Shown: positions 20,372 to 29,911 of the stretch, piece by piece
Layout: every line of letters begins with the position of its first letter
Numbering within the stretch: position 1 is the stretch's first letter
Assembly (NCBI GenBank): GCA_964389835.1
Contig: CAYMEZ010000010.1
Location: 284-64,283, forward strand
Direction of reading: 5' to 3'
Source: an uncultured Lachnospiraceae bacterium
GTDB lineage: Bacteria; Bacillota; Clostridia; Lachnospirales; Lachnospiraceae
Length of the DNA stretch: 64,000 bases
Made by a program: the position numbers and the translations under genes
Notes under the pieces: model-generated
Told to the model about the DNA's origin: nothing
The model's database searches: none
The model's input: only the letters and a program-made list of their open reading frames with translations

Positions 20372-21274
20372 CTACGTCAAATCTGTCATATTGCTCTGGC
20401 TGCTCATATCCAGCACTGCTTCCATATATGCTTCCACCTTTCTGTGGTTTTGGGCAAAACAGGAAAGCTCCAATACGGCCTCCCGTCTTTTTTGCATCCT
20501 GATCCCCAGCTTTTCAAGCAATGCCAGCAGCATCGGATTGACCACGGCAAAGCTGCATACCGTCTGTGGTGGAAAATCCTGACAGCCCCTTTTTAATGCA
20601 AAGCGGATCATTTCAAGAGGTGCCGCTGCATTACGGGAAAGATTCAGCATATAGGGAATCCGCAGCTGTTCTCCATCCTGCTCCACCAGCAGCAGACCTG
20701 CCGCAGCTCCCTCCTCCATGATGACAGCACTATATTTTTCCATATACCGTCCTTTAGGCAGCGGTACAGGAACCAGATCAAGCCCCTGCGCTGTCATCCG
20801 CTGATACAGTCCGGACAGGCTCTCCCTGGTACACTCAGACAATGCCCTGACCTTTCCCCAGCTGCCGTTAAGATAAGGAAGCTCTGCCAGCTCCCCAAGG
20901 GTACATTCTGCATTTCCGATCCCCGTAAGCTCTGTTACTTTCATGGGATAGGCACGAAGCAGCCCTTCAAGCTCCGGGTATCGGTTCGGAGCGTATTCCA
21001 CGCGGAAGGTTTTTGCCCTCTGCTGATATGCAGCATGCATCAGCTCTGCTAAAAATCTGCCGCCTCTGCCGCTTTTCCGGTATTCTTTTCTGATGTATAT
21101 GTGTCGAAGGAGTACGCCCTCCGGCTCGTATGACAGCACTGCAATGCCACATGCCCTGCCAAAGACCTCCATGCCAAAGAGCTGCATATCTGCATCTGCC
21201 GCCAGCAGCCAGTCGGGCAGCATTGGCAGATAAGCGGATATTTCTGTGCCCTGCAGCTGTTTTACGATCTCCAT
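20372..21274 (-). CDS. GNAT-family acetyltransferase-like protein (partner of K1)
   Basis: HIYIRKEYRKSGRG motif; start moved to the ATG at 21274 behind a GAGGAGG RBS. Confidence 0.8.
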   Translation of the reverse strand: MEIVKQLQGTEISAYLPMLPDWLLAADADMQLFGMEVFGRACGIAVLSYEPEGVLLRHIYIRKEYRKSGRGGRFLAELMHAAYQQRAKTFRVEYAPNRYPELEGLLRAYPMKVTELTGIGNAECTLGELAELPYLNGSWGKVRALSECTRESLSGLYQRMTAQGLDLVPVPLPKGRYMEKYSAVIMEEGAAAGLLLVEQDGEQLRIPYMLNLSRNAAAPLEMIRFALKRGCQDFPPQTVCSFAVVNPMLLALLEKLGIRMQKRREAVLELSCFAQNHRKVEAYMEAVLDMSSQSNMTDLT

Positions 21275-21278
21275 GGCA

Positions 21279-23663
21279 TCAGTCCTCCTCTTCTTCTCCC
21301 AGTCCGACCATATATGCATAAGGCTCAAAATCAGCTCTCGTAAATACCTTTCCTGTTTTTACAAATTCATATTTGATCGCCATTAAGTAATGCTTCATTC
21401 CCACTTCTTTTCCATCGCCGTCAGCTGCTGCCAGAAAAGCAGCATTTAAAATACAGTTTTTGATATTACCACCTACAAATTCAAACCGTTCAGCTAAGAA
21501 ACGGATATCCACATCATCCGCAAGAGGCGTGCCCTTGGGAATGGTAGTTCTCCACAGCATTTCTCTTGTATCCGGATCAGGGAACTGAAATTCTACGATA
21601 TATTTCATACGTCTGAAGAATGCAGGGTCAATATTGTGCTTATAGTTGGTTGCTAGAACAGAAACGCCATCATAGGCTTCTACCTCCTGCAAAAGCAGCG
21701 CCGTCTTATTGTTGTTGGATGCCTGATTGGAGCCGCCGTCATCAGAACGCTTGGCAAACAAGGTATCGCATTCATCAAAAAACAGTACTACATTGCATTT
21801 TTTTGCCTCGCGGAAGATCATGGAAATAGACTTTTCTGTCTCGCCCACATATTTGTCAATAACCTTTGACAGATCCACGCGGTACAGCTCCAGATTCAGC
21901 TCATGGGCAATTACCTGGGCACACATGGATTTTCCAGTACCGGGCGCACCGAAAAGCAACACAGAAAGGCCTCTGCCGTAAGGATATTTTTTGGTATAAT
22001 TCCAGTTATCGTAAACCTGTTTTCTGAAATTCATCTGGTCAATGGCATGCTCTAGGGTCTCTCTCTGGCTGGCGTTCATAACAATGTCCTCAAAGCCGAA
22101 GTTCGCCTTGACCTTAGTTGCCTTCTGGGTCAGCTCTGAGCTCATCTGGTTATAGCAGCCCTCAAAGAGCTTTGCCCTGGAAATGAGGATTTCATGGTTC
22201 ATAATGGAAAAGCTCTTTGCCTGCTTTAAGGCAGCCTTGATCTTACCCGGTGTAAACAGGAATTTGGTTGCCATTTCCTGCAGATCCACATCCTTGTCAA
22301 GACCATAATCCTTAGCAAAATACTTCCAGCAGTCCTCTCTCTCCTGATTGCCCGGTGTCGGCAGCTCTAACTCTGTAAACTCCAGATCTGTCACACTTTT
22401 CATGGGAAGCTTTTCCCTGCTCATGAGAAAGATCATAATATCATGCTCCCGCAGCTTGGACACTGCCAGATCCATATAGCCGATATATTTTTCCTTTTCA
22501 TCCTCCCTGTAGTTCAGTTCATTTAAGCAGCAGCAGGAATCGGTAAAAATACATTCTCTCCGAACTGCCCAAAGTGCCTTTTCTACAAAGGAAAAATCAT
22601 AGACAAATAATTTTTTACAGTTTATGGTAATGGCACGGATCCCATTTTTTTTGCTGAAATGCTTGATAAAGAAACGCCGTCCGCTTCCCTCATCGCCAAA
22701 CCAGCTGAAAATGCGGACTCCCTGCTGATAAGAGACCTCCATTGCCTCCAGCTGTACAGAATTTGCCATAATGGGATCAAGCTCTGTATCATCTGTCAGC
22801 ATATGATAAAAGCGCTGATAATTTTCATCCAGACGTAAGGGATCTGCCCCAAACAGATAGTCGATCATACGCTTATCCGGTGTCAGAACTGTAGAAAAGG
22901 GCATTGCCGAATTAACGCGCAGATCCATTACAGGCAGCAGATGCTCCAGACATTCTGACATATAGGCGGATGCCATGGTGATTGAAAAATCACTGCCAAA
23001 ATACAGTCTTGCCGCAGATTCTACTGTAGGCGCTGTCAAAGAACCATTTTCATTGATGATCTGGTAAACAGAGGCATAGCTGGTCTGGGTGGAGGACAGC
23101 AGTGCTGCTGCCAGAGCAAACATGGTAAAATGATCAAAATTCAATTTTGTACAGAGCTGGTAAAAGGGATAAGCCTCTGTCTGTGTCAGCTTGATCCTCT
23201 CATCGATAAAGGAAAGCATTTCCTCTGCAGACAGCTTTTCACCCAGAGAATCCTCCTCGTCCTCCTCGGGCTCAAGGCTCTGCATTTCTGTGCTGAATGC
23301 ACCCAGAAGTGACTTCAGCTCCATATCCATTTCGCCCAGAATCTCCTCACGGGCTTCCTCAGTCAGCTCCTGGACTGCTTCCTCCGCCTGCTCCTTGGAA
23401 TGATTCATAAAGTTAAGCACATTGTCATTACACAAGCTATAGGCGATCTCAATATCGGGATACATAACATTTTTAAACTGTCCCTGCCCCGCTGCATACT
23501 TATCCATCAGCTTTTCTATATACTCTGTCATACATACATTGACACAGGCAAACAGATAGTCCATGTATTCTGCGTAGCTTTCAAAAGGCTCTTTCTGCAG
23601 TTCTTCACAAAATCTGTCTTTTCTCTTCTCTTCCATCTGCTCTATCGCCCCTTTCCCTACCAT
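21279..23663 (-). CDS. Afp15/Pvc15-like AAA+ ATPase (copy 1)
   Basis: GAPGTGKS, DKYVGETEK, VLFFDECD, AFFRR; degenerate first P-loop GDEGSGRR; start may be 23636. Confidence 0.88.
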   Translation of the reverse strand: MVGKGAIEQMEEKRKDRFCEELQKEPFESYAEYMDYLFACVNVCMTEYIEKLMDKYAAGQGQFKNVMYPDIEIAYSLCNDNVLNFMNHSKEQAEEAVQELTEEAREEILGEMDMELKSLLGAFSTEMQSLEPEEDEEDSLGEKLSAEEMLSFIDERIKLTQTEAYPFYQLCTKLNFDHFTMFALAAALLSSTQTSYASVYQIINENGSLTAPTVESAARLYFGSDFSITMASAYMSECLEHLLPVMDLRVNSAMPFSTVLTPDKRMIDYLFGADPLRLDENYQRFYHMLTDDTELDPIMANSVQLEAMEVSYQQGVRIFSWFGDEGSGRRFFIKHFSKKNGIRAITINCKKLFVYDFSFVEKALWAVRRECIFTDSCCCLNELNYREDEKEKYIGYMDLAVSKLREHDIMIFLMSREKLPMKSVTDLEFTELELPTPGNQEREDCWKYFAKDYGLDKDVDLQEMATKFLFTPGKIKAALKQAKSFSIMNHEILISRAKLFEGCYNQMSSELTQKATKVKANFGFEDIVMNASQRETLEHAIDQMNFRKQVYDNWNYTKKYPYGRGLSVLLFGAPGTGKSMCAQVIAHELNLELYRVDLSKVIDKYVGETEKSISMIFREAKKCNVVLFFDECDTLFAKRSDDGGSNQASNNNKTALLLQEVEAYDGVSVLATNYKHNIDPAFFRRMKYIVEFQFPDPDTREMLWRTTIPKGTPLADDVDIRFLAERFEFVGGNIKNCILNAAFLAAADGDGKEVGMKHYLMAIKYEFVKTGKVFTRADFEPYAYMVGLGEEEED

Positions 23664-24076
23664 CTCATGACCATTGTCAGGCAGTTGAAACCATCTTTAT
23701 ATTCATAGGACACTTCGTCCATCATATTCTTTACCATAAAGATACCCAGCCCGCCGATCTGACGCTCCTCCTCCGGCAGGGTCGTATCCGGGTCCTCCCT
23801 TTCCAGAGGATCATAAGGGATCCCCTGATCCTGAAAGCACAGGGAAATGCTGCCTTTTTCAGTTTCCACTGTAATATGTGCAGTTCCCTCTTTTTCCGCA
23901 TAGGCATAGCTGGCTATATTTACAAATATTTCTTCTGCACAGACTTCCATCGCCATCTGCTTCTCCATAGGGCAGCCTGCCTTTTCCAGTTCCTCCTGCA
24001 GCAGTGCAAGCAATGTATCCAGTTCCTTCGTCTGTGCCTTTAACAGGATTTCCCGTCTGATAACCTCATCCCTCAT
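23657..24076 (-). CDS. Anti-sigma factor Ser kinase (RsbW/SpoIIAB-like HATPase_c)
   Basis: EEIFVNIASYAY, DQGIPYDP, GGLGIFMV. Confidence 0.88.
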   Translation of the reverse strand: MRDEVIRREILLKAQTKELDTLLALLQEELEKAGCPMEKQMAMEVCAEEIFVNIASYAYAEKEGTAHITVETEKGSISLCFQDQGIPYDPLEREDPDTTLPEEERQIGGLGIFMVKNMMDEVSYEYKDGFNCLTMVMRW

Positions 24077-24079
24077 ACT

Positions 24080-24742
24080 TTATTCTCCGCTCTTTAATCT
24101 TCCATCCTCCAGATACAGTCTGGGATATGTCATTTCCTGAATCGCCTCCAGATCATGGGTAGCAATCAGCACAGTAATCCCCAGGCTGTTTATTTTTTCA
24201 AATAACAGCATGATCTCCCTTGCTGCCCTTGGATCTAAATTTCCTGTAGGCTCATCTGCAAGTATGCAATAGGGATTGCCTACAATGGCTCTTGCCACAC
24301 ATACCTTCTGCTGCTCTCCTCCTGACAGCTGGGATACCGGCTTGTAAAAATCCTTTTCCAGCCCTACTACCCGCAGTGCCATGAGAACCTGTGCTCTGAT
24401 ATCCTGCTCTCTGGCTCCCATGATCCGTTTCGCCAGTGCCACATTGTCATAAACTGTCTGCTCCTGCAGCAGCTTAAAATCCTGGAACACAAAGCCCAGC
24501 TTTCTCCGGTATAAAGGGATCTGACTCTGCTTCAGTTTACTGACATCCTGTCCATTGACCCTCACGATGCCAGTGTCTGCTTTTTCTTCACGCAGCAGCA
24601 GCTTTAACAAGGTGGTTTTTCCAGAACCGCTTTCCCCCAGAAGAAACATCATTTCTCCCGGTAAAATATGAAAGCTCACATGCAAAAGGGCTGTATCCTG
24701 TGTATCCGCATATACTTTTGTTACGTCCTCAAACTGTATCAT
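24080..24742 (-). CDS. FtsE-like ABC ATPase with no adjacent permease
   Basis: GESGSGKTT, VFQDFKLL, LSGGEQQ, ILADEPTGNLD. Confidence 0.85.
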   Translation of the reverse strand: MIQFEDVTKVYADTQDTALLHVSFHILPGEMMFLLGESGSGKTTLLKLLLREEKADTGIVRVNGQDVSKLKQSQIPLYRRKLGFVFQDFKLLQEQTVYDNVALAKRIMGAREQDIRAQVLMALRVVGLEKDFYKPVSQLSGGEQQKVCVARAIVGNPYCILADEPTGNLDPRAAREIMLLFEKINSLGITVLIATHDLEAIQEMTYPRLYLEDGRLKSGE

Positions 24743-24749
24743 TGTTCCT

Positions 24750-25049
24750 TTACTCGATCTTCAGTATTTTTGAAAAGCCTGTCATATTTAAAATCTCCAT
24801 AACTGCGGATGACACATTTGTCATTTTCATGCTGCCGCCCTTGGAGGTTGCGGTTTTCTGTCCGATCAAAAGAGCTCTCAGTCCTGCACTGGATATGTAG
24901 GGAACGTTCAAAAAGTCTACTACCACATCCTTGCTCTTCTGAAAAGCATTTAAAATCGCCTGCTGCAGCTGAGGGCTTGTATTGGTATCCACTCTTCCCT
25001 CTACGATCACTCTTACATAGCTCTCACAATCTGTTACAATAATATTCAT
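24750..25049 (-). CDS. STAS anti-anti-sigma factor (RsbV/SpoIIAA-like)
   Basis: GRVD...YISSAGLRAL with the phospho-acceptor Ser. Confidence 0.9.
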   Translation of the reverse strand: MNIIVTDCESYVRVIVEGRVDTNTSPQLQQAILNAFQKSKDVVVDFLNVPYISSAGLRALLIGQKTATSKGGSMKMTNVSSAVMEILNMTGFSKILKIE

Positions 25050-25145
25050 GGCTTCTTCCTCACTCTCTGCTTTTTCTCAGCTTTTTATTATCTGTTCATA
25101 TTCTTTATTTTTCTATTTTTATTTTTCACACAGCCTGTATCCTGG

Positions 25146-27248
25146 TCATCTGATCTCAAGTGACAGCATTGTCAGATCATCAAACTGAGATGCCTCTCCC
25201 ACAAACGCATCAATATGCTCCTTTACCTGCTTCAGGGTCTGCTCCGGAGTAAGGGACAGGCTGGTATTAAGCGCTGTCAGCATCCTCTCTTCCCCAAAAA
25301 GCTCCTCAGCAGCATTGGTTGCCTCCGGAACACCATCGGTATACAAAAACAGTCTGTCGCCGCGGTCAAGTCTGGTCTCATGGAGGGAATAAGGCATTCC
25401 TTCCATACCGCCTACCACAAAATCGTGAGACTCCTTCAGAAGCTGGTACTGTCCGCCCTTTCGCATGATCGCCGGATTTTCATGTCCTGCATTTGCATAG
25501 ATCAGTCTGCCTGTTGCGATCTCATAGATTCCCAGCCATACCGTTACAAACATATCTGCATCATTGTTTTCACAAAGCTGGTTATTTACCTTTTCCAGAA
25601 CCACATCCGGTGTTTCTCCCAGCTGTGCCCTGTTTTTGATCATAGTCTTTGCGATCACCATAAACAATGCTGCCGGTACACCCTTTCCTGATACATCTGC
25701 CATAACCAGCGCCAGATGATCCTTGTCAACCAGAAAGAAATCATAAAAGTCTCCGCCTACTTCCTTTGCCGGATTCATGGAAGCATAGATATCAAACTCC
25801 TGCCGGCCCGGAAATGCCGGGAAGATGCAGGGCAGCATGCTCGCCTGAATATTGGTGGCAACATCCAGCTCTGCGCCGATCCTTTCTTTTTCCGCCGTTA
25901 CCTCAGAAAGGTTTTTAATATACAGCTGCAGATCCTCCAGCATCTGGTTGAAGGTCTGCGCCAGTTCTCCGATCTCGTCCTTTGACTCTACCTCCATTCG
26001 CACATCCAGATTGCCCTGTCCGATGTTTTCCACATTTTTTGCCAGCTTCTGTATGGGTCTTGTGATCGTACCTGCCACAGTAAAGGAAAGGATGATCACG
26101 ATAATACCTACCATGGCAAAGAAGATGATGAAACGGATCATGACTCTGGAAAGGGTGGTGCTTACCATCTGCTGTGCATCTGAGGTAATGCTGTCGATCT
26201 CCTGCTTGGTGGCAATAGAGGGTGCGATGACCTCATCCACATTGATGCTTATGCACAGCTTCCAACCGGTTTCATCCAGTGTGGCATAAGCAATGTAGCT
26301 GTCTACACCGTCCAACTCCACACGTACTACGCCGGAATCGGTTCTCCTGATCGTATTCAAAGCGGAAAAGTTGTTGTCGATATGGTTTACCAGCCTCATA
26401 TCAAAGCCTTCTGTTTTATAGTCCGGGTGCGCCAGGTATTGCAGCCCGTTGTCCAGCACAAAGGAGTAGCCGCTTTCTCCCAGCTTTATGGAAACGATCT
26501 CATCCAGCATATCCTGTACTGTAATATCTGTAGAAAGCACGCCCTTGACACCGCCGTCTGCACCCTTGAACTTTCTGGCACAGGTAAGGCACAGCTTTCC
26601 ATAATAGTCCTCATAGGTATCCATCCACACTGCACCCTCCGGCTCGCTGACAGCCGCGATGAACCAGTCTCTCAGACGGGGGTCATAATCCGGATTGTAG
26701 GCATTGGACTTGGAATAGCGATAATAGATCCCATCATAGGTACCCAGATAGATATTGTCCATCATAGGATTGTTTTCCAGCTCCGGCCCAAACAGATAGT
26801 CACAGTTTGACAGCAGTCTGACGTGCTCACTGACCTGCTCTGTTTCTACGATCCCTGGTGCCAGCATGTATTTGGAGCAAAGAACTCCATCCTCTGTTTC
26901 TGTAGGAAGCAAAAGCTGATGGCCTGTAAACTGGTCTGCATTCTGATACAGCCCCTCCATATAATCTACTGAGCTGTCGATCACGCCCCGCAGCCTTACC
27001 AGCTTTTCATTGGAGATCTGGGACTGCTTCTGTGCCAGCTTTTCCAGATTGCTTTCCATCTGGGACTGAAGCGCGATCTTGCTGTCCTCTGAGGCAGTAT
27101 TGCCCAGCATAGTATTTACTTCCTGAAATTCCTTGGTCAGCCCCATCATCTGTACATAAGAATTGACCGAAATGATCAATAATGTCCCCAGGGACATCAG
27201 AAGAAGCACCAGAAGAATCTTGATTCCGATCTTCATATTTTTCAGCAT
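25146..27248 (-). CDS. Membrane PP2C/SpoIIE-family phosphatase with Cache and HAMP domains
   Basis: Two TM segments, YDPRLRDWF Cache motif, HAMP, GGDFYD, ADVSGKG, LYTDGV, DDLT; start MLKNMK chosen over 27281. Confidence 0.9.
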   Translation of the reverse strand: MLKNMKIGIKILLVLLLMSLGTLLIISVNSYVQMMGLTKEFQEVNTMLGNTASEDSKIALQSQMESNLEKLAQKQSQISNEKLVRLRGVIDSSVDYMEGLYQNADQFTGHQLLLPTETEDGVLCSKYMLAPGIVETEQVSEHVRLLSNCDYLFGPELENNPMMDNIYLGTYDGIYYRYSKSNAYNPDYDPRLRDWFIAAVSEPEGAVWMDTYEDYYGKLCLTCARKFKGADGGVKGVLSTDITVQDMLDEIVSIKLGESGYSFVLDNGLQYLAHPDYKTEGFDMRLVNHIDNNFSALNTIRRTDSGVVRVELDGVDSYIAYATLDETGWKLCISINVDEVIAPSIATKQEIDSITSDAQQMVSTTLSRVMIRFIIFFAMVGIIVIILSFTVAGTITRPIQKLAKNVENIGQGNLDVRMEVESKDEIGELAQTFNQMLEDLQLYIKNLSEVTAEKERIGAELDVATNIQASMLPCIFPAFPGRQEFDIYASMNPAKEVGGDFYDFFLVDKDHLALVMADVSGKGVPAALFMVIAKTMIKNRAQLGETPDVVLEKVNNQLCENNDADMFVTVWLGIYEIATGRLIYANAGHENPAIMRKGGQYQLLKESHDFVVGGMEGMPYSLHETRLDRGDRLFLYTDGVPEATNAAEELFGEERMLTALNTSLSLTPEQTLKQVKEHIDAFVGEASQFDDLTMLSLEIR

Positions 27249-28195
27249 CTTCCTTTTCCTCCTTCCTTCTCCTCCTGCCATGCCCTCAGCAGAATCCCTT
27301 CGATCAGATCCTCATAGGGGATACCAGCCATGGCAGCTGCGCCCGGCAGCAGACTTTTGGGTTTTAAGCCGGGAACTGCATTTATCTCAAGCAGATAAGG
27401 ACGCTGTTCCTTTTGGGATACCATAAAATCAATCCTTGCAACGCCTCTTGCACCAATGCCGCGAAACGCAGTTTCTGACATCTCTGTCATTTTATCTAAA
27501 AGCTCCTTTGACAGCTTTGCCGGTCTGACGGTATAGTCACCGGTAAATACCTTTAAGCTGTCAGGATCGTCATTTTCCTTCTCATCACGCAGCTCCACAC
27601 CGCGTACACAGGGCAACGGCTTTAAGCCCTCCTCCTGCTCCAAAATTCCTACCGTATAAAAATCTCCCGGTATAAAACGTTCTATCAAAATAGGGGATTC
27701 ATAGGCAAATACCTCTTCTATCCGTCCAAGCTCCTCTGCACTATGAATTAAAACGATTCCAAAGCTGCCTCCCTCTGAGGGTGCCTTGGCAACAAAGGGA
27801 TATCCAAAATCCTCTGGGCAAAAGCCTCCGCTCAGATACTCCTCCCTGGTCAGCATCTGCCACTTGGGAGTGGGCAGCCCTATTTTTTCAAACAGCAGCT
27901 TGGAAACGATCTTGTCATTGATCAGAGCCGCAGCATGTGCCCTGCTTCCGGTAAAGGGGATGCCCTCATGCTGCAGGATCGCCTGTATGGTGCCGTCTCC
28001 ATGCTCTTTTCCCTGTACACATACATAAACAATATCTGCCTGCTGCTCTCTGAGCGTTTTGACCAGCTCCCTTTCATAGGGGATCATACAGGTGTCATAC
28101 CCTTTTTTTCTAAGCGCTGCTTCTATGTATTTTGCATTCTCTGCTGAAGCATCCTTTTCACTGGAATATCCTCCGTATACAACTGCTACCTTCAC
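27242..28195 (-). CDS. D-Ala-D-Ala ligase-like ATP-grasp enzyme (non-canonical)
   Basis: VVYGGYSSE, DKIVSK, GYPFVAK, ARIDF, LEINAVPG; substrate-loop residues deviate from Ddl. Confidence 0.8.
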   Translation of the reverse strand: MKVAVVYGGYSSEKDASAENAKYIEAALRKKGYDTCMIPYERELVKTLREQQADIVYVCVQGKEHGDGTIQAILQHEGIPFTGSRAHAAALINDKIVSKLLFEKIGLPTPKWQMLTREEYLSGGFCPEDFGYPFVAKAPSEGGSFGIVLIHSAEELGRIEEVFAYESPILIERFIPGDFYTVGILEQEEGLKPLPCVRGVELRDEKENDDPDSLKVFTGDYTVRPAKLSKELLDKMTEMSETAFRGIGARGVARIDFMVSQKEQRPYLLEINAVPGLKPKSLLPGAAAMAGIPYEDLIEGILLRAWQEEKEGGKGRC

Positions 28196-29889
28196 CTTGC
28201 GTTACCTGCTTTCATACTTTTTTTATCCCATAACTGCAGTCCGGCAAACAGCAGCACTGCAGTCATAAATACCATACCTAATACTCTGACACCTGACTCA
28301 TAGCCCAGCACAAGCACCAGTGCAAACACAGTAGGGCCTAACATCTCTGTCAGCTTTTTCAAAAAGCTCAGATAGGACAAGGATCTGCTGGCACCCATCC
28401 GCCTGACTGAGGGCAGTGCCAGAAAATAATTGTTCTGTACACTGAAGCCAAAGCTGTCTGCCACTGCAAGACAAAGCACTGCCACAAATGCCATCCTTAT
28501 GCCTCCAAAATATCCTACCAGCAAAAGACCTGCCGAAAACAGCAGATTATATCCATAATTTGAAAGCACCAGTCCTTTGTCCTTTTCGATCAGGTACTTG
28601 GAAAGCTTAGGCCCTACATAGACGATCACAAGTCCATACAGTAGCTGTGCACGTCCTACATCCGAAACGCCTCTGCCGATGCTCTCAAAATACAGGGGCA
28701 GAAAATAGCTCAGATAGGATGCCACAATACAGGAGGGTGCGATCATAAACACGGAAAAGCACAGCACCTGCAGCTTTTCTCTAAAAGAAAAGGCTGACTT
28801 TTCTGTGACAGTCCTTCTTTCCTCCTCCGGCTCCTGCCGTTTTTTCAGCACTGCATTTTCCATACGGATGATGATCAGACTGCACAAAACCGTCAGCACT
28901 GCTGCCATGATAAATACATTTTTATATCCGAATTTTTCTGCAAGAATCGCACCAAGAGAAGAGCCGCAGTTCATACCTGCATACAGACCTGCATTCAGCA
29001 TGGAAAAGCCCCATGCCTGCTCTGCGTCATCCTTTCCAAAAAGGGCCAGATTTCTAAGGGTCATCCAGCAAAAGCCGTAGCCCAGACCGACAACTGCCCT
29101 GGCACCAATGAATACCAGCAGGGTAGGAGAAATAGCTGAAAGAAATGTACCTGCTGCCACCAGCAAAAGACCGATTCCAAAGGGCAGCTTCCAGCCCTTT
29201 CTCGTCAAAAGCTCTGTGGTAGCAAAGATCGCCACACAGGTCAGCAGCGTTTCTGCTGACTGAGGAAGTCCGGCAGCACCGTTTTCACTCATTCCAAACA
29301 GGGTTTCCCCAAAGCTTTTTGCCATGATAGGAATAAAGGCTGCGGACAGCCGGGAGGCAAAATAAAACAAAAAAGCGATCTGTCTCACATAAGAAAGAGC
29401 AGCAGGCTGAATCCGCTTCTCACCCTGCTCCTTCTCGGTCAGCACCTTGATCATCAGCCAGACTACCTCTACTGAGAAGAAAATAGAAATGACTAATGCA
29501 GTCAACAGACTGACCATCGTTGTACTTAGTTCATTTTGTATCACTGCCTCTTCCAGATGCTGGTCATACAAAACAAACCTGAGATACTGCTCCTTTTGAA
29601 AATACGCGGCAAAGGCAAATGCCATCTGGATGACCACCAGTATGGCGATCAGCATCGCCATAATATTACTACTCTCGATCTGCCCCCAGATATTAAATAC
29701 AGGTCCCCTGCTGAAAAAGAAAAACAAAGACAACAATGCTCCCGTTCCTAAAATAAGGATGCAAAGTCCCAGCAGCTGTTGAAGCTCCTTTGATTCACTG
29801 CTGTTTAATATCCACAAAAAAAGCATTGTCAGGGCAACTGTAATTACCGATCCTATGAACAAGGAATAACGGATTCTTTTTTGTTCCAT
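28192..29889 (-). CDS. MFS transporter with extra N-terminal TM segments
   Basis: Many hydrophobic helices; ARAVVGLGYG; GAILAEKFGY. Confidence 0.8.
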   Translation of the reverse strand: MEQKRIRYSLFIGSVITVALTMLFLWILNSSESKELQQLLGLCILILGTGALLSLFFFFSRGPVFNIWGQIESSNIMAMLIAILVVIQMAFAFAAYFQKEQYLRFVLYDQHLEEAVIQNELSTTMVSLLTALVISIFFSVEVVWLMIKVLTEKEQGEKRIQPAALSYVRQIAFLFYFASRLSAAFIPIMAKSFGETLFGMSENGAAGLPQSAETLLTCVAIFATTELLTRKGWKLPFGIGLLLVAAGTFLSAISPTLLVFIGARAVVGLGYGFCWMTLRNLALFGKDDAEQAWGFSMLNAGLYAGMNCGSSLGAILAEKFGYKNVFIMAAVLTVLCSLIIIRMENAVLKKRQEPEEERRTVTEKSAFSFREKLQVLCFSVFMIAPSCIVASYLSYFLPLYFESIGRGVSDVGRAQLLYGLVIVYVGPKLSKYLIEKDKGLVLSNYGYNLLFSAGLLLVGYFGGIRMAFVAVLCLAVADSFGFSVQNNYFLALPSVRRMGASRSLSYLSFLKKLTEMLGPTVFALVLVLGYESGVRVLGMVFMTAVLLFAGLQLWDKKSMKAGNAR

Positions 29890-29911
29890 GTTGTACTTCT
29901 CCTTCTACTGC

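Noticed and set aside
24080-24742. Housekeeping ftsE
   Set aside because: No ftsX follows and the context is not cell division.
27242-28195. Van-type glycopeptide resistance ligase or housekeeping ddl
   Set aside because: No vanH/X/Y/T neighbours and the key Ddl motifs are altered, so no gene symbol was given.
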